Shown piece after piece: positions 27,053-28,513 of a stretch of DNA of 28,513 bases; positions within the stretch are counted from its first letter, which is position 1; the number at the start of each line of letters is the position of its first letter. The notes under the pieces were generated by a model. It searched no databases. It saw nothing but the letters and a program-made list of their open reading frames with translations, and was not told where the DNA came from. Source of the DNA: an uncultured Pseudomonadota bacterium (lineage in GTDB: Bacteria; Oederibacteriota; Muellerivitia; Muellerivitales; Muellerivitaceae); assembly GCA_963770835.1 (NCBI GenBank), contig CAVYRH010000015.1, positions 1 through 28,513 on the forward strand, given 5' to 3'. Position numbers and translations under genes: made by a program.

Positions 27053-27198
27053 TTTTATACACCTCCTTATACACCATCCTAGTGTATCGAAAGCCCGCCC
27101 GTCAACGAACGTTGTCCGTTCCATCGGGGCTTAATCATTTCACCCTGAGCGGCTAACAGGCCCTGGTAGCCCAAAGTCAAATAATCAGTACCACTGAT

Positions 27199-27226
27199 TG
27201 TCCACGACGGGTCCCCGTCGTGGACA
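27199..27226. repeat. 28-bp cassette-boundary site, copy 16 (perfect consensus)
   Basis: tgtccacgacg-ggtccc-cgtcgtggaca. Confidence 0.9.
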
Positions 27227-27236
27227 ACACTTATAC

Positions 27237-27836
27237 CTAGATTACGCTTGGTCGTGAAGAATCCAAGTAATTAAACTTAGAATCCTCAAAAGCTCTCTCC
27301 AAAGCTTCAATCCCTTTTTCCTTCGCAAAGCCCAATTCTTTCTTTGTTATCGGTACTAGCCAATAACAACGTACATCCTTTTTCTCAAATTGAAAATTTT
27401 CCAATTTAGGACCATCTAAATAGGGCAACAAAATAAAGCCATGGCGACAATCGGAATCAGGTAACCAAGGACGACCAAAATCGACAGTGTGATGAAGATT
27501 TAGTTGGGAGCCGGTTAAGTGGTAATGAGTAATAACCGTCAACAACTCCACATGCAGTTCCACTTGTTGGCTCGGGGAGAATAAATGTAATTCGATACCA
27601 TTTTGTTGAAGTGTTTCCGACATTCCAATAGTGGCGTAGGTCCACATTTTTCTTTTTCCAGTTGGGGCAAATTCAATAATGGAAAAGTCGGCGGGCAATT
27701 CTTTATAAGGCCCCAAGGATAATCTTTCGCAGGCTTGTTCAGGCCTCCACAAAGTATTTGTCCGACCCCAATTGCTTTCATAATGCTGGATAAGAAGTTT
27801 GGAATAATTAGAACTGGAAATTCGAAGCCTCCTCAT
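27237..27836 (-). CDS. Suppressor-of-fused (SUFU) domain protein, polymorphic-toxin immunity-type
   Basis: WTYATIGMS..IELHL..HTVDFGRPW..WLVPITKKELGFAKEKGIEALE. Confidence 0.85.
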   Translation of the reverse strand: MRRLRISSSNYSKLLIQHYESNWGRTNTLWRPEQACERLSLGPYKELPADFSIIEFAPTGKRKMWTYATIGMSETLQQNGIELHLFSPSQQVELHVELLTVITHYHLTGSQLNLHHTVDFGRPWLPDSDCRHGFILLPYLDGPKLENFQFEKKDVRCYWLVPITKKELGFAKEKGIEALERAFEDSKFNYLDSSRPSVI

Positions 27837-27863
27837 TTAGGCAACCAAATCGAGCACTTTCGT

Positions 27864-27891
27864 TGTCCATGACGGGTCCCCGTCGTGGACA
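27864..27891. repeat. 28-bp cassette-boundary site, copy 17
   Basis: tgtccatgacg-ggtccc-cgtcgtggaca. Confidence 0.9.
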
Positions 27892-27894
27892 GAC

Positions 27895-28218
27895 TTAGGA
27901 ACGATTAAATATCAAACTAGTCCCTGCACACATCAAAAATAAACCAAGTACCCATTTCCACATTTTCGAATTGAATTGAGATTTATCCGTAGGGAAAAAC
28001 AGTTTTCCGATTTTACCTTCGTTGAGATTTATTACTTTATCTCCAAAAATCAAAACCAGGGCTCCCAAAACGACGAGTAATAAACCTCCGACATATTTTG
28101 CTATTCGCTCGTCGATGTAAATGAGCCAAGTCGCCAGACCCATTCCACCAAAAATCAAAACCAGGATTCCGATGAATTGAATAACCGCGATGAGAGAAGT
28201 TTTAAGATTTGAATTCAT
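27895..28218 (-). CDS. Small 3-TM membrane protein (cassette)
   Basis: 107 aa; AAGGAG RBS; stop 3 nt from a 28-bp site. Confidence 0.75.
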   Translation of the reverse strand: MNSNLKTSLIAVIQFIGILVLIFGGMGLATWLIYIDERIAKYVGGLLLVVLGALVLIFGDKVINLNEGKIGKLFFPTDKSQFNSKMWKWVLGLFLMCAGTSLIFNRS

Positions 28219-28238
28219 TTATTGCCGCTCCTTTACCT

Positions 28239-28513
28239 ACTAAGGCCATTCCTCAAGTTCAATTTTCTCCTACGGTCAGCCTTTTGGTTTCGTGGATTCA
28301 CGCTGCTATTCGTGCTCGAGGCACAAGATAAGAATTCGATAATCCTGAGGGAAGCCACCACCTGTCCATCGTGCCTTTAGGCACAGCTAAAACTCGTGGT
28401 CATTCCTAAGGGTTCGAATCACGAAACATAGGCTGAAACCTCTTTAGAGCGGGCCGATAAACTTCCTTTCGGACCAACATAGTCCAAAGGTGAATCAAAA
28501 GCCTGTGAGCCAT
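28239..28513 (-). mobile_element. Right end of an IS110-family (IS1111 group) element, extending beyond the window
   Basis: The minus-strand frame 28513-28406 reads MAHRLLIHLWTMLVRKEVYRPA..*, resembling IS110 transposase C-termini (A(R/H)KL....aML....Y). A long structured 3' non-coding end follows. A candidate subterminal IR at 28242-28254 lies 3 nt from the inferred end. Confidence 0.65.
28276..28436 (-). ncRNA. Predicted bridge RNA / seekRNA with two guide-bearing stem-loops
   Basis: Outer stem TCAGCCT..GTTTCGTG / CACGAAAC..AGGCTGA. Two internal loops are each capped by a GTGC..GCAC hairpin, and the loop strands match the target and donor junctions. Confidence 0.6.

Noticed and set aside
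1016..27891. 28-bp repeats as a CRISPR array, classical attC sites or rho-independent terminators
   Set aside because: The copies are degenerate and track gene boundaries. They are too short for attC and lack RYYYAAC/GTTRRRY boxes. They have no consistent poly-U tail, and the conserved asymmetric core points to a recombination site.

Overview
This 28.5 kb window is an accessory gene-cassette array. About 25 unrelated genes, mostly secreted or membrane hypotheticals, lie almost all on the minus strand. They are separated by 17 directly oriented copies of a 28-bp quasi-palindrome (TGTCCACGACG-GGTCCC-CGTCGTGGACA). It has the 11-6-11 geometry of a tyrosine-recombinase (dif/Xer-like) site rather than an integron attC. 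One cassette carries only cas1 and a divergent cas2, followed by four identical 37-bp CRISPR-type repeats. Their spacers are gene-sized (673, 2279 and 1228 bp): an internal TPR-gene fragment, a piece of cassette array with a truncated EamA gene and a mazEF-like pair, and a complete gene. No Cas effector is in the window. This looks like a Cas1-Cas2 module that captures kilobase DNA. Two mobile elements appear to target the same edge of the 28-bp site: an ORF-less group II intron at the left end, and an IS110/IS1111 right end whose predicted bridge/seekRNA guides match the site flank. A fluoride riboswitch lies at the far left. No recombinase gene is visible. All family calls come from motif recognition by eye; no searches were run.
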